NCBI RefSeq assembly: GCF_016432865.1
Contig: NC_067402.1
Location: forward strand, 215,078,001 to 215,142,000
Length of the DNA stretch: 64,000 nt
Reading direction: 5' to 3'
Source: Antechinus flavipes
Taxonomy: Eukaryota
Positions 13,294-27,179 of this stretch are shown in pieces. Every line of letters starts with the position of its first letter. The first letter of the stretch is position 1. A program made the position numbers and the translations under genes. The notes beneath the pieces are model-generated. The model saw nothing but the letters and a program-made list of their open reading frames with translations. It had not been told where the DNA came from and ran no database searches.

Positions 13294-14904
13294 TAGAAGA
13301 AATAGTTGTATTAAGCCTGGTCTACTTTGTATAATTGAATACTTTTCTTTAATCTATCCATTAGGCCACATCTTACACATGATTTATTACCAAACTTTGT
13401 TTTAGAGATTTTGCTCAGAATTATGCTCTGGCATGAGAGTCATTATGAGTTAGAGAACTTGAGAAAAACCTGATCTTCTCTCTTTGAAGATCCTAGCTTA
13501 CATGGGCTAAAGTAGCTTGATGAAGGGTAAAAGTAAAATGCTTTTGTGAAAATTTTTTATAATCTCTGCTCTTCAATCAGTTTCATAATCATGTTTAAAA
13601 TTGAAGGGAATATGCTAATGAAGTCATCTTGCTACTTTATAACTTAACTAAAACTAGGAAAAAAAAATATGAGAAAACTCATTTAGTCCCATTTTTATAT
13701 TCAGCTTTCACAGGATAAAGCAGCCTCATAGGTAAGAAACTTTCCCATTGACTTAGATTTTGTTGAATTTTCCCTCTGCCATCTAAACTCAAATTTAGAT
13801 AGCCTATATTTATGTGATTCCAGTCTTTTATCTTTGGCCAGGAAAGTTTGCTGAAATAAAACACAAAGAATAGAATATGTACTAATTTAGACACATCCAA
13901 TCTGCTTGTAACATGTTTTATCAACTCAGATTCCCTTACAGTGTTTTAATAAGTCCACTTCACCAACTACTCAGTTACTCAGTGCTCACCTCTATGTGGA
14001 GGACAATGCAGTTGCAAACTCAATCAACATACTCTTTTGTAACCTATGTTTGCTTTTAAGTGTTTTTGTGAATATGCAAGTATATGCAATATATACCTGT
14101 CCCAGTTGCTAAAGTATACTCCTTAACTGCGGACTGCTATTTTCTTCTGCTCTCCTGAAACTGCCTTTTCCAATGTTATTAATGGCCTTTTAAAACTTTT
14201 AATCCAATAGCCTTTTCTCAGTCCTTAGCCAATTTCACATTTTCACAACACTCACATTGTTTTCCTTTCCTATGCCTTTTTTTAATCTAGCTGCCATCTA
14301 TTGAGACTGACTCAGTAAAATAGAAATAATGAGGCATTGTGAATAGACAGTGCAAAAGTACACAGACAACAAATGTATCTTGTGACTCCAGTCCAGAAAA
14401 ATCCAGTTTGCCTCAAACGCAGAGTAAGGATCAAGGTTGTCCACTGAATCTGGAAAGATAACTTCGAATTGGGTTTGTAGTGTTTTAAAAGCTAAGCAAA
14501 GGAGTTTGTATTTTATTCTAAGAAATAAGAAGTCACAAGATTTAATTAAGTAGGAAAAGTAAACATGATTAAGATATGCATTAAAACAAAATTACTTTGG
14601 CAGAGGATAGATTAGAGTGGTCAACAAATTGAGGCCAATATTCTAATTAAGAGACCACTGTAATAATCTAGGTGAAAAGTGCTGAGGGACTTAAAGTGTC
14701 AATTGTGTAAATCCAAAGAAGAAGCAGGATCAAATGTACATGTAGAGGCCTAAGGAAAGAGAAGGACCAACTCTTGATTGGAGTTTACAAAAAAAGAGAG
14801 TAGGAGAATTATGACATAAAGCTAAGAGCCTTGTTGAGAGTGTTGAGAGAGTGAATGACTTTTGTAGAGCCAGAAAAGTAATTATTTAGGAGGGAATAAA
14901 GAGA

Positions 14905-15240
14905 TTTTTCTCACATCATTTATTTACATCAGGATGCATGCTAGTAGTGATATTATGGGGTCAGTTTCATAATTTTTGGGAGGTTAACTTCCAAATCGCT
15001 CTCCATAATAGCTAGACCAATTCACAGTTCCCAATGAACTGTTTGTCATCTCATATCCCCTTCAATAATTTTTATTTTCCTTTTTTGTCACCCTGGTCAA
15101 TTAGATATGAAATAGAACATCAGTTATTTTAATATTTTGGTTGTTTTAATTTGTATTTCTCTTATTATGAGGAATTTGGAATGTTTGTCTTATAGCTATT
15201 GATAGTTTGTATCTTTGAGAACTGTCCAAATTCTTTTACC
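14905..15240 (-). mobile_element. Old L1 ORF2 fragment
   Basis: ttccaaatcgctctccataat...ccaattcacagttccca...gttttaatttgtatttctct, typical antisense L1 ORF2 3' sequence. Confidence 0.55.
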
Positions 15241-15583
15241 AAAATCTATTAGTTATTATTACTATTGTTAGTTATTTTTACTTCCCAATTTGGAATTGAG
15301 TTTAATTTTCATCACGAAGCCACATTTATAACATACGGTGAAAATATGAACAGATCTAATGATATAACTTCTCATTTGACTTCCTGTCTATAGGATAAAA
15401 CATAAATGGCCTGTGTATCACCATCCTCCATATACTTCATATTTTAGAGCAATTGTACTTTGCTCATACATATCCCTATGCTGAGAATACACTTTCTTTT
15501 CAACAACACCTCTCCAAATCTTTATCTTTCTTTGAGTCTCATTTTGCACAGATACAATACCTTCTATGAAGTTTTCCCAATCC

Positions 15584-15722
15584 NNNNNNNNNNNNNNNNN
15601 NNNNNNNNNNNNNNNNNNNNNNNNNNNNNNNNNNNNNNNNNNNNNNNNNNNNNNNNNNNNNNNNNNNNNNNNNNNNNNNNNNNNNNNNNNNNNNNNNNNN
15701 NNNNNNNNNNNNNNNNNNNNNN
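15584..15722. other. Assembly gap (139 N)
   Basis: N run. Confidence 1.
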
Positions 15723-18676
15723 TAATTGGTTTCCCTTGTAGAAATGTGTATTTTTATTGTATCCCCTTTAAAGCAACATTTTAAGAGAGGTTTCATAGCC
15801 TTTTACAGATAGCCAAAAGGATTCAAAGCAAGGAAGGGAGAAGAGAGAATATATATTACTGTCACATTTGCTAGAATACACACTCCCCAAATTATCTTGT
15901 ATTTATTTATTTGTCTAAATGTTATAACTCAAGTAAAATGTAAATTCACAAAAGTCATGAATAATTCCACTTTAGTTATAGTGTTAGTATTTAGCATAGT
16001 GCATTAATAAATGAGAAACATATCTTGAGCTATAGGAAAATGCTTAGACATCTATTCCCAAGATAACATGACCAATGTCATGACCCCGGTTAGATTCATG
16101 AGTACTGGAGCCATGCCCAGACACAGTGTCCTAGTAGTTTATTTGCTCATTGAAGAAAAATCGTATTGTGTTTGGGAAAGTAAAGGAAGTTGGAATGGTG
16201 GCAAAGCAGTGGAAATATAAGAAAAGACAAAGTGTAATAAAAATAAGTCTGTGGATTTGTCTATACTGTCTTAGACAACTTGGACCAATTCATATCTAGT
16301 AATTATGTTCAGGGGAATTAAGGACATAGTTTTCTATCTGTTTATTATAAAAAAATAACATTTTTATATATGTTGGTTATATATGTTGGTAAATATTAAT
16401 CTTTACCAACAGCTGTGACTTCTTGGTTTAAAAGAGCAAATATCATGTCAACGTGTAAAATAGAATTAAAAAAACAAAAAACAAAACTACAATGTATCGA
16501 GAAACATTAATTGTATGTGTTTCTTATCTTCATGGTAAATTGTGAAGAAGAAAAGTCTATATTACACAAACAAATCAAAAGACTTACAAAAGATATTTGT
16601 TTAAATAGATTTGTAATGGTACATAATTAATCAAAGCAGCACATGCCCTTTTGTTTTACAAATTGCTAGAAATAGAAACAGCACATGATCTGAGATTTGC
16701 ACATGTTCTATTGCAGATACCAAAATATTTGGAAAACCCCCAAGTGTAACTTAAGTGCTAAATATTTTCAGTTTGAACATTAGAAACTAGCAAACAATTA
16801 TCAGAAGTTGAGAGATGTTTGTAAGTATAAATGAAAGAGTAAAGGAGTGACTAAATCTTGACTATTTAGAATTTAATAATTCTTAGTTGATTTTCCCTGG
16901 TCTCATGAAATTAAGTGACTTTTCATTGAATTTGTAGCCTTTATAGATTATGAAAAATCCTAATATCTTAACTCTGCAAAAGTGAACTTGGAAACAAGAC
17001 ATTATCCAAAGGTCATATCAAATATGAATCAAGTAAAAGTCAAAATCAGATTTTAAAAAGTACATGTGATAAAGGAGCTATTAAACATTTGGTTATGTAA
17101 TTCAAATGGTAGGCAGTATAGGAATTAAAAACCTTCATTGCCACAATTCATTGATTTATTTCTTTTTTTATTCATTAATCTATTCTTATTAAGACACTAT
17201 CTAGGCAACAGTTACAAGGTCAAACAATAGAATTTCACACCTAAACTGAGGAAATTTTATTTGAGAAAAATGTTAATATAAACATGTGGCTTCATTTTAT
17301 TTGTATGTTCCTTGTCCCTGCCCAGTCCATACTATTGTTTTCAAACTAAAGATAAGGTGCTATTTAAGTAACCAAAAATTGGAACAATTTCAGACTTTTA
17401 AACGGTATATGGCATTAAATTTCTCTCCAGCCATGAACAACACAGACTACCTTTCTTGATTCACCACTTAATCTCATTAGAAAACCAGCATGACCAGAGT
17501 TTAGATTACTTTATTGTTAGAAAATAACACTTTAAAGAAACCTCTAGAATATAAAGATACTATAATCCTAAATGAATTCAGTAAGGAGACTATTAACCAA
17601 AGGTCTATATCCTTCCATTAATTTTTGTCTTTTTATATATGCATCTATTTATTTTTCTTTACCAAAGCATCAAGGTATAAAAAAATTATTTACCCAGAAA
17701 TTATTCCAAATGGATTATAAACATGTTTCCTTTTATATACTTGTGAAAGCCCTCTTGAGCCCAAAATATAGATGTCTATAAAGTATGAATGTCCTAGTGT
17801 TTTATATAAATAACAATAATTTGAATAATGATATAGACTTTTAAAAGTACTTTAAATGACTTAATACTTGATAATACTCATATAAATAGAAATAGGTAGA
17901 GAAGATAAAACATTTATATTTATTAATAGAAAAGGCAAAAAACAAGGTGTACCTATTCATATAAAGAAATGTTTGAGTTAAAAAGCCTCATTTCATGGTG
18001 TAGTACCTCAAATTATTTGATTAAAAAAACTATTTTGGTTCTCTACTTATAAAGATATTTAAATTATATAGCTCAGAAACAATTTTATAGGTAAGTATGA
18101 AAATATCCTCTTCCTTTATTTACCCTAACTTTGGCAAATATTTCATCGTAGGATCTAAGTTTTGAAGCTGGAATCAAGAAAAGATTCCATATATATTCTA
18201 TATTCCATATTCTATATACATATTTACATATAAAGAAATATAAAGAATTTTGGAGATTGAGTGTATTGCCCAGAATCATAAACTAGCAAATGCTAGAAGT
18301 GTGATTTAATCTCAAATTCTCCTAATTCCAAGTACAGCACTATTATGCTACATTTTTTCCCTCTAAGATTTTTTGCAAAAGGGAGGCATTTAATGTATGT
18401 TTCCTCAACTGAATAATGATTTAAGTCCATATTTATGACTTCATCTCTGTAGAAAATGAGAGCAAAATCTTTCGCTGAACAAATCAGCAAATCATCTATG
18501 ACTTACAGCCTAAGCACAGTGCTTATTAAACTTTCTATGCTCACAGCCAAGTATTATTCTTTGCCATAAGCAATACTAATATTAATACTTGTAAATAAAA
18601 AGGTTTTGTAGTTATAAAGCATGACTCGCATTATCACAAAAATTAATGAGTTAAGTGTAGCTGTTCCTCCTTCCAT

Positions 18677-18865
18677 CCTTCCTTCTAGAAGAGGACCACT
18701 GACATCAGAAAGATTGTGTATTGACCAGCAAGTGAATTGGATTAAGTGAAGCAGAACTGAGCAGTCAGCAGTCCCACTCTCTCCTCCAGAGTTATCTGAA
18801 CCTAGTAGCAAGACAAAGGTCAGGAAGAGTGGGGATGGTCTAGGATGAAGTAGGAGACCTTGACC
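18677..18865 (-). mobile_element. Older copy of the same RTE-type SINE
   Basis: ccttctagaagaggacc...aagtgaattggattaagtga...gagaccttgacc; much more diverged than the 45.5/46.6 kb pair. Confidence 0.65.
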
Positions 18866-20077
18866 TTTTTAACTACGGTTTTTCTAGGGTTTCAGATTAT
18901 CTGAGAATACATGCATTCAGTAATTAAAGGCCAAAAAAAAGGCTAGTGGGATAATGTTGGGACCTTTTATCGGATCTCTTCTTTTTTCTTCCTTTCATTT
19001 TATTTTTTATAGCTTTTTATTTTTCCAAAATAACATGCACCTTTGTAAAACCTTATGATCCAAAGCCTGGTTTTCTAGAGCAATAATTGTAGAGTGATGT
19101 AGAAGTTAAATGTGAAGGTCCCAAGGTGATATTGAGGAAGTGGCAAAGCTGAGCCCTCATAGTCTATTCTTCATACTATTAGCCCAATATTACTCTATTA
19201 AAATATCACACTTATAGTGGAGCCAAATGACTTTGATGATTGACTCTTCTTATCATATTCATGTTATACTACTGTATGATTTACTATATAGATAGTTGAC
19301 TCAAGTAAACTAAATTGTAAAGAAAAGTGCATTTAAATAAGAATTATCATAATCTGCCAATATCATCAGTAATTTTTAAAGCAATATGAGGCTAATTTAG
19401 AAGGGATATTTATTTATTTAATGCATTACTTAAAATATTTTTGTATGCAAAAGTACAAACAATTCCTCAATTTATATTGAGATACTTTTTTTGTTCTTTT
19501 TTTTCCCTCTCTTCCCTGTAATACTAACTTCTAATTGCTCAGTTAGTCAAATCTTTTTACCAAAATTCACAAAGTCTCTTTTTATTATTGCAGTGTTGAT
19601 TATTAGTGGAGCATTACAAATAAATTGAGTAAAGTTGCAAAGTTTGCCCACTCCCCCTAACCCCCCACCCCCCACCTCTAATAATGTGTTCTGTGGCCAA
19701 TCAAGCATTATTCCACTCCCAACATAGTCTTTTACATATTAAACTCCATTCTGAACAAGGGCTTGCTTCTTTGTGGGTGTAATTTCTATGCTTTCAATTT
19801 TCAGCATGCCTAACTAATTGCAGACACAAGTCATTTCTTGTGGGTGGAGAGATCTTTATGCATCCTTTCAGTATGAGGTAAGTAATGGAACATAATCAAA
19901 GTGAGAAACTTTTCAATGAAACTGGATTAAATTAATTGCATTTATAATTTTATAGAAAAAGAAAAAATAAAACAAAAAAACCACCCACATATCTCTCTCT
20001 ATTTAGACATAGCACATTGAGAGGCAGCATGAACTATAGGACAGTATACTAGCTAAGACCTAAATCCTTGGAAGTTA

Positions 20078-20422
20078 GGCTCCAACAACCCTTCAGGCAT
20101 TAACCCCAACTCAGACAAAATCCCATTCTACCCATACTACACCATTAAAGATGCCTTAGGTCTAGTCCTACTTCTCCTCATGCTCTTTCTTCTATACTTA
20201 TTCTCACCAGACTTATTAAGAGACCCAGACAATTTCTCACCTGCCAAACCCCTAAATATCCCCCCTCTCATAAAATCAGAATGATAAAAGTATCTATTTG
20301 CACACACCATCCTCCTCTCAATCCCCAATAAACTAGGTGGTTTACTGGCCCTACTAGCCTCAATCCTAATCCTCCTAATCATCCCCCTCCTTCACACAGC
20401 CAACGAAGCATAGTTCCAACCA
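20078..20422 (+). pseudogene. MT-CYB: NUMT: mitochondrial cytochrome b fragment (approx. residues 205-319)
   Basis: Translates [28 protein letters not shown]...FSPDLL(AGA)[21 protein letters not shown](TGA)[42 protein letters not shown] stands at the conserved Trp, showing the mitochondrial code. Contains an in-frame TAA, a G->AGA change and 3' indels. Confidence 0.96.
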
Positions 20423-21554
20423 GTATCCCTTAGTCATTAAATATACTAGGAAATGCTAAAACTGTAAAATGTAGAGAATATGCTACCTATTGGTAGCTTG
20501 ATAGATCCCTATGAAAATTGATTGACTGCCATTCTCTGTTCAAATGAAATCACAAGTCTAATCCCTATCCTCTATATTATACAAGAGAAAGGAAGACCCC
20601 TCTCCAGTCCTACCTCCCATCCCCAGAATCTGCTTCCTTTTCTGTTGACAGAAAAAAAAATACTGCCTGGTAAACTATAATTAGTTATTGTAGTTTACTT
20701 CTAAAAAGAAAAAAAATTGACAGAAGAGCAAGTAATCTAATTGCCAGGGCTATACTCATCTTATTAAACAGCATATGTAATTTTCTTTTAGGTTAAATTT
20801 CTTTCCCACTTAGTTTTGCTTTCAGACCAGATAGTTCAAGCAAATTCATAATGATACTCTGAAATGCATAATCATTAGCCACCTGTGGTTCTCCATAATC
20901 TACCAGTTTACTTTAAGATTTTCATCCTTTGTCATTACCTTTTCCTCCTCAGCTGGCTCCCCCTGACATTTTTTTCACTCCCATAGTCAGTCCCTGTTTT
21001 CATTTCAAACCCACGCTTTGGTTTTTTAACCTCTTAGGTCATTTTGCTATATTCCTTTCTAACTGTCTTCTACTCAGTACTTCTAGAGTAGGGATGGGGG
21101 TAGGGTAGCTCTGTGATGGCTGATAGCAAAATGAGTGTGGCTGGAATCTCCTGGCTGCCCCATAATTAACTCACTGCACATGGTTTAGCACAAAGTGGCT
21201 GTCGGTAGGCCACTGAGTCTTTGCAAGAATAAGAGAGCTTCAGAGATGCCTGGGGATCTTGTCTGTTAAATAAATGAACAAACCTGCTGAGGCTGACTGA
21301 GGAGAAGATGGAGTAGGATTCATGGTCTAGTTCCTAGGGCATTTAGCTGGGGAAAGATTCTTGATGTTCAGAGTTTTCTAGTTTTGAAAAAGACATAATA
21401 TGTCTGCATGTCTCTGCCTTTCTCTGCTTTCAACCTATATTCAATTAAAGACTCAAGAAATTTGTAAAGAGGAATAGAAATTGTGATTTGAAAATACAGA
21501 AACAATTCAGTATAACAAAGTATGTATACTGTTCTATTATAAAATGAATTATGT

Positions 21555-21915
21555 GGTACAGTAAATAGAGCACTAGACCTGGAATTGAGAAGATCTGAGC
21601 TCAAATCCAAACTGAGATATTTGCTAATTCTATGATCTTGAATAAATAAAGTGAGAGAAATAATAGCACCTATCTAGCAAGGTTGTTATGAGGATCAAGT
21701 GCAATAATATTGTAAATGCTTAGCATATAGCAGGGACCAAATAAATGCTAGTTATTATTTAATCTGACCTCAGACACTTAATAATCTGTGACCCTAGGCA
21801 AATCACTTAATCCTGTTTGCCTCAGTTTCCTCCTCTGTCAAATGGCAAACCACTTCAATATTTTTGCTAAGAAAACCCCATATGGACTGATGAAGGGGCA
21901 GACACAACTAAATGA
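21555..21915 (+). mobile_element. MIR followed by a partial MAR1
   Basis: MIR head and gttgttatgaggatcaa; then cctcagacact...aatggcaaaccact...aagaaaacccca. Confidence 0.65.
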
Positions 21916-22024
21916 CATTATTTTTTGTTGTGAATGACAATGATGAATTATTTTTCATTAAATCCCCCAATTGCAGTTTATTTTAAATGAAAAGGTGGCA
22001 GATTTCTTAAAAATGGTACTATGT

Positions 22025-22160
22025 GGAGTCAACTAGGTAGCACAATGGATAGAGTAGCAGCCCTGAAATCAGGAGGACCTGAGTTCAAATCTGATCTCAG
22101 ACACTAAACACTTCTTAGTTGTGCGACCTTGGGCAAGTCACTTAACCCCAATTGCCTCAG
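22025..22160 (+). mobile_element. WSINE1-type CORE-SINE
   Basis: ctaggtagcacaatggatagag...ggacctgagttcaaatc...gggcaagtcacttaaccccaattgcctcag. Confidence 0.85.
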
Positions 22161-22644
22161 AGGAAAAAAAGATAGTATACACATGTAAAAAACTGTATAT
22201 ACTTTAATAATTGAAAAAAATTAGCCTGTATTTCAGAGTACCAGCTGGGAGAAGAATAGCCCCAGTCAATCAGGCTAAATTTTGAAAATAATAGAGAAAT
22301 GTCCATCAAGTCTCATCTCCATTCTTGTACTACTTTCACTCCAAAATGAGACCATTAGCAATTACCTGCTTCCATATTGCAAGTCTGCTTTCTGATTAGT
22401 TCCTTGATGTATCAACATGATACCATACATTGATACTGTACATATAGCAATTCCTTCAAATGATAAATATAAAAAGGTTGAGGCTTTGGATTCTTTAAGG
22501 GAATGATTGAATATCACTGAATGATTGAATGATTAAATCAAAATTTGATTGTTGGTGATAAGTATCTCATGTAATAATTTAGTATTAATCTGTATTCTCA
22601 TGTGTACTATTATTAGGGAGAATAATAATAACTTATAATATAGA

Positions 22645-22875
22645 AGCAACTAGGTCATATGAGTTCTGCACCTGGAGTCATAAAGATCTGAATTCAAATC
22701 CAGCTTCATATATTTTCTAGCTGGCCAAGGCATAACCTCTGACACTTCAGTCTCCCCATTTGTACTATGGGGATAATAACAGTATCTATTATCCCAAGGT
22801 TGCTGTGAAGTTAAACTGGGATGTTTATAAAGCATTTTGCAAATCTTAAAATGTTAGATAAATGCTAGTTATTAT
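22645..22875 (+). mobile_element. MIR
   Basis: cacctggagtcataaagatctgaattcaaatcc...gttgctgtgaagttaaa. Confidence 0.6.
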
Positions 22876-23384
22876 TCTCATTCTTATTATCATTATATCA
22901 TTATAACAAAATAGGAAACAACCAAAACACAGGTTGTAAATGGTAAAAGGAAAGAGAAGAAGACTGAGTTCTTTAGTCCTAGCTTTGTTATTAATTAGGT
23001 TGTGGTCTTGAACTTGATTTTTATAATCTATAAGGTGCCTACCAGAGAGTGACTAAATGGAAGAGAGCCAAAACTTAAGTTGCCATTTTGGATTTTAAAA
23101 TCACCTAATTCCATTCTTATTTTATGGATTACTGAATGATAGTCCATCTAAATGAACCAACATCTAAAAGTCATACAGCTGTTTAGAGGCAGAGCTGGAA
23201 GGAGAATGCAGGTCAGTGTACTTTTTATTATGCAACATTCTATGTTTTTTTTCTTATGAGGATAGTCCTAATAATAATAACAATGAATATAAATCATACT
23301 TCTTCACTTTTGATTTGCCAAATGCTACATAATATAAAACAGCCCCTTTGTAGTTTCAAAAAAGGTTCACATTTTAAAGGCTAT

Positions 23385-23605
23385 AGTAGATAGAGTGCCA
23401 GGCCTGAATGAGTCACCTTCCCGAGTTCAAATATGGCACCAGACATTTACTAGCAGGGTAACCATGAGCAAGTCACTTAAACCTGTTTGCCTCAGTTTCC
23501 TCCTTTTTAAAAAGATTTGAAAAAAGAAATGATAAATCATTCCAGTATCTTTTCCAAGAAGACCCCAAATGAGGTCATAAAGAGTCAGACTCTGCTGAAA
23601 AGACA
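23385..23605 (+). mobile_element. MAR1-type SINE
   Basis: gatagagtgccaggcctg...cagtttcctc...ccaagaagaccccaaatgaggtcataaagagtcagac. Confidence 0.75.
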
Positions 23606-26600
23606 CATTTTAAAAGTGTCTAAAAATGGCACATTAAAAAAAATCTAAACAAAGTTATTGTTTCTTATATTAAAGGAATTATACTAAGCAGTGGACAATA
23701 CAAATGCAAGTAAGTAACCAGATCCTTGCCCTCTAGTATCTTAACATTCTAAGAATTATATTTCAATTTTTACTAGGACAGAGAGAATGAATAATGGATT
23801 GCCTCCATTGAGTAAACAAAAAGTAGAGGTCTATTACCATTTGCCATGACTTGAGCAAGTCACTGATTTGTGCCTTGGTTTGTTCGTTTGTAAATCCATC
23901 TATATATGAAATTGTAATCATCCTGAATAGCTACTAATAGACAACCGGAGCAGGAAGACAGTTAATAGGACAGAAGCTCCTTCTTTAAAGATTTATTATT
24001 TTACAACTTAGGACCTAATGTGTGGGAAATGTCATGACTTCATGTTACAGTAAGATAGAATGGCTGCAATTATTTTATTATGCTTTCAACTTGGAAGAGG
24101 AGGAAGAAGTTCATCCAAATGAGAAACGATTATAAAAGTGGTTTGGAAGGATGCTTTATCTTTCTTGATCAAATTTTGATCTTCTTTCCCCTTAAATTAT
24201 CATTCAAGGTACTCTGAAATCATGCCTATTATCTCTTTTATCTTTCTAGTCAAATTGCTCCTTTTCCTTATCAATATTTGACATAAAATAAAGTGACATA
24301 ATCACTCTCCTAGGGCATTTCCACTATTAAGTTTTTGCTTTTGCCTTTTTCTCAGTCCAGAATGCCCTCTTTAAATCTTAGGTGAAGTCAAAACCCAGTT
24401 CAAATTTCCTCTTACAGCCATCTCTGTCATACTAATCTGATTTGATCTCTCCCTCTGACCTTTGGCAACACTTCCCATCTGTATCATACCTCTGGCAGCG
24501 CTTATTGTCTGTATCATTTCTTTGGCAATTAATCACTGTAGTGTTTTGTGACAGTTCATTTATCATTGCCTTCAATTGTATAAAACTAAAATTGTATATA
24601 ATATATATACATACAAACATATATTTACATATTTACATAAATTAAATACATACATATATACATGTGTATATATACACATATATAATATATGCATGCACCT
24701 ACATTTATATATTTATTTACTCTCTAGCTAATCAAACTGTAAGATACTTGAAGACAGGGACTATGCCCTGTATTTCATTGTACCTCACACTGTACCTTGT
24801 ACAATAACCAACATAGAGAAAATGTTTTGTTTACTTATTTATTACTTTGACATTATTTTGGAAGTGTTTAACATATATTTTTTTCTTATGATAGACTACA
24901 TTAATTAAAGGGCAGAGTATTTTAATTACTTTGGAAAATTCCTCTAATTCTATTCCTGTTATATATAAAATTGATAATTAAAAAAAAGTTACATCTATAG
25001 TGACAACTTTAATTTTAAAATATCCTATGTGGTGCTATAAGGTAAGTCATGGGAAAACAGATTAAATGGGAAGGTATATGGAGAATTGGTAGAACATTGC
25101 CATAATCTCACTTTACTGTAGACTTTTGCTTTTGTGGGGTGAAAGAGTGGAGGAGGAAGCTTTTAAAATGGGATTTTTTTCCATTTTGACATCAAGAAAT
25201 AAAACAACCCATCACAGACAAAACTCATATTCCCTATAAAGGGATGTAAAGCAGCTTACTTCTAATGGCTGCAATGCATCATAAATTCAAAATAAATTAG
25301 TGGCCATTAAGCCACAGGCTCCTCATCATTTGTGTTATAAATGATGCTAAGACATCATACATTACTGAAACCACCTTTCATTGGAGGAACTATATTGATA
25401 TACTTCAGCCAGAGCACATGAAAATGATATAGTGAAATACACCAACTTTAGGAAGGATAGAATTCTTACATTCTTGGTATAAGAATATAATTTAGGCTTC
25501 CTTGTAGAAAAAAACTATTTTCTTCCAATATAAAAACTATATTTTCAAGGTAGAGATTAAGTATGCCTCAAATCAAAATGACAACCCAGTACCCTGAGAA
25601 GCGGCATACTATTTATACCTTAGCGGTTTGCCACCTAAATTGCCTAGCTCATAGATAGCATTCACAGTATATTCATGAGTTGTAAATGACAATTTTGCTT
25701 CCTTTCCCTTTTCTTTCCTTTTTGTATCATGTATAAGATTCTGTGTATGTTTAAAGATTTAGTTATTATATAGGATGTGACATTGTGCTATGTTATTGGC
25801 ATCATAGAAATGGAAACTTCAACCTGAATATTAAGAAATATCACAGAAATATGTGACATAATGAACATATTATACATGACTCTTTAACAGCACAAAATCA
25901 CAATTTTGCTAAAATAGAATGCTTTGGCCCTTTCACACATTTCTTATGAATACCCCCTCTTTTGATTTTTGTCTCCACAGAAATTTAAATGGGAAATTAA
26001 GACCATGACCTGACAAACTGGATAAATAAGGTAGAAAAAAATGCCATTTTGCTAATGGGACATGAAATTTTGAGAACAATATTGCAATTCATTTTGCTTG
26101 TGTAAATATGCTAAAAAATCAAAAGCCTTTTAGGTTCTAAAAGTATAATTATTTTAGCTAAATAAGTGGACATTCAGGTTTATGAAATTGACATCCAAAA
26201 GGTATATAGGCCTTGTCTTACCTATATAATTTTTTTTCTGAATTCTCTTTTTTAGTCAAATGATTCTTGAAGATATTCTTATACAACATTAGATATTTGA
26301 CTATTTATGTACTTCTCTTTCAAATTCCCTACCTACTAAAAGTGTCATCTTTCCCTTATGTAAAACTACCAGCGTCAGTTCTTCATTTAAGATACTGTTG
26401 TTTGGACTTCTATTGGACTTAAGTGGAGGGAAAAGAGGAAATTGCTACAGTTATTAGGAGGGAAGTCTACTCAATGGTATTTGCAAATTTATTATACAGC
26501 TTTTATTAACTCTCCCACAGGATATTTTGCCCAATACCAACTCACATTGTTCCCTCAATTTCTAGATATTCTTTAAGGAAACAACAGAAGAAAGCTAGGT

Positions 26601-27033
26601 ACACTTTCCTTATTATCTGCTGTAACTCTCTAAAATTCAAGTATCTGTATTATATTTAAACTGTTGGTACAGGGGGACAAACTACTGATTCCAATATAGA
26701 AATAATCTTCCACTCCTTCTGCTGAGGTTGTTTTAAAGTACATTTTATTTGTGATAATAAGATAAAAACAGGTAAATTTATATAAGTGCTTACTATATGG
26801 CAAGCCTGTGATAAACACTTTATGATTTTTAATCTCATTTGATTCTCATGACAGCCCTTATTTTTCAGATGAGGAAGTTGAGGCAAACTGAAGCAAAGTA
26901 CCTTGCTGAGGGTCAAACATTTATGAATGTATTCTTTGGGATATTTCAGTGAAAATATGGCATTCAGGAATACTTGCAATTTAAAGTAACTCATTTTCCA
27001 ATAGATGCTCACAAGAATTAAGCACTTTGAGTC

Positions 27034-27161
27034 NNNNNNNNNNNNNNNNNNNNNNNNNNNNNNNNNNNNNNNNNNNNNNNNNNNNNNNNNNNNNNNNNNN
27101 NNNNNNNNNNNNNNNNNNNNNNNNNNNNNNNNNNNNNNNNNNNNNNNNNNNNNNNNNNNNN
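27034..27161. other. Assembly gap (128 N)
   Basis: N run. Confidence 1.
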
Positions 27162-27179
27162 AAAGATGTAAGAAATTTT

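Noticed and set aside
20137-20382. 81-aa minus-strand ORF
   Set aside because: Antisense shadow of the cytb NUMT.
22025-22100. tRNA-like heads (A/B boxes) here and in the other WSINE1/MAR1 copies
   Set aside because: tRNA-derived SINE promoters with no acceptor-stem pairing; not tRNA genes.
505-25050. Perfect AG|GTAAGT donors at ~510 (-), ~18091 (+) and ~25042 (+)
   Set aside because: A few are expected by chance at this base composition, and none has a coding exon attached.
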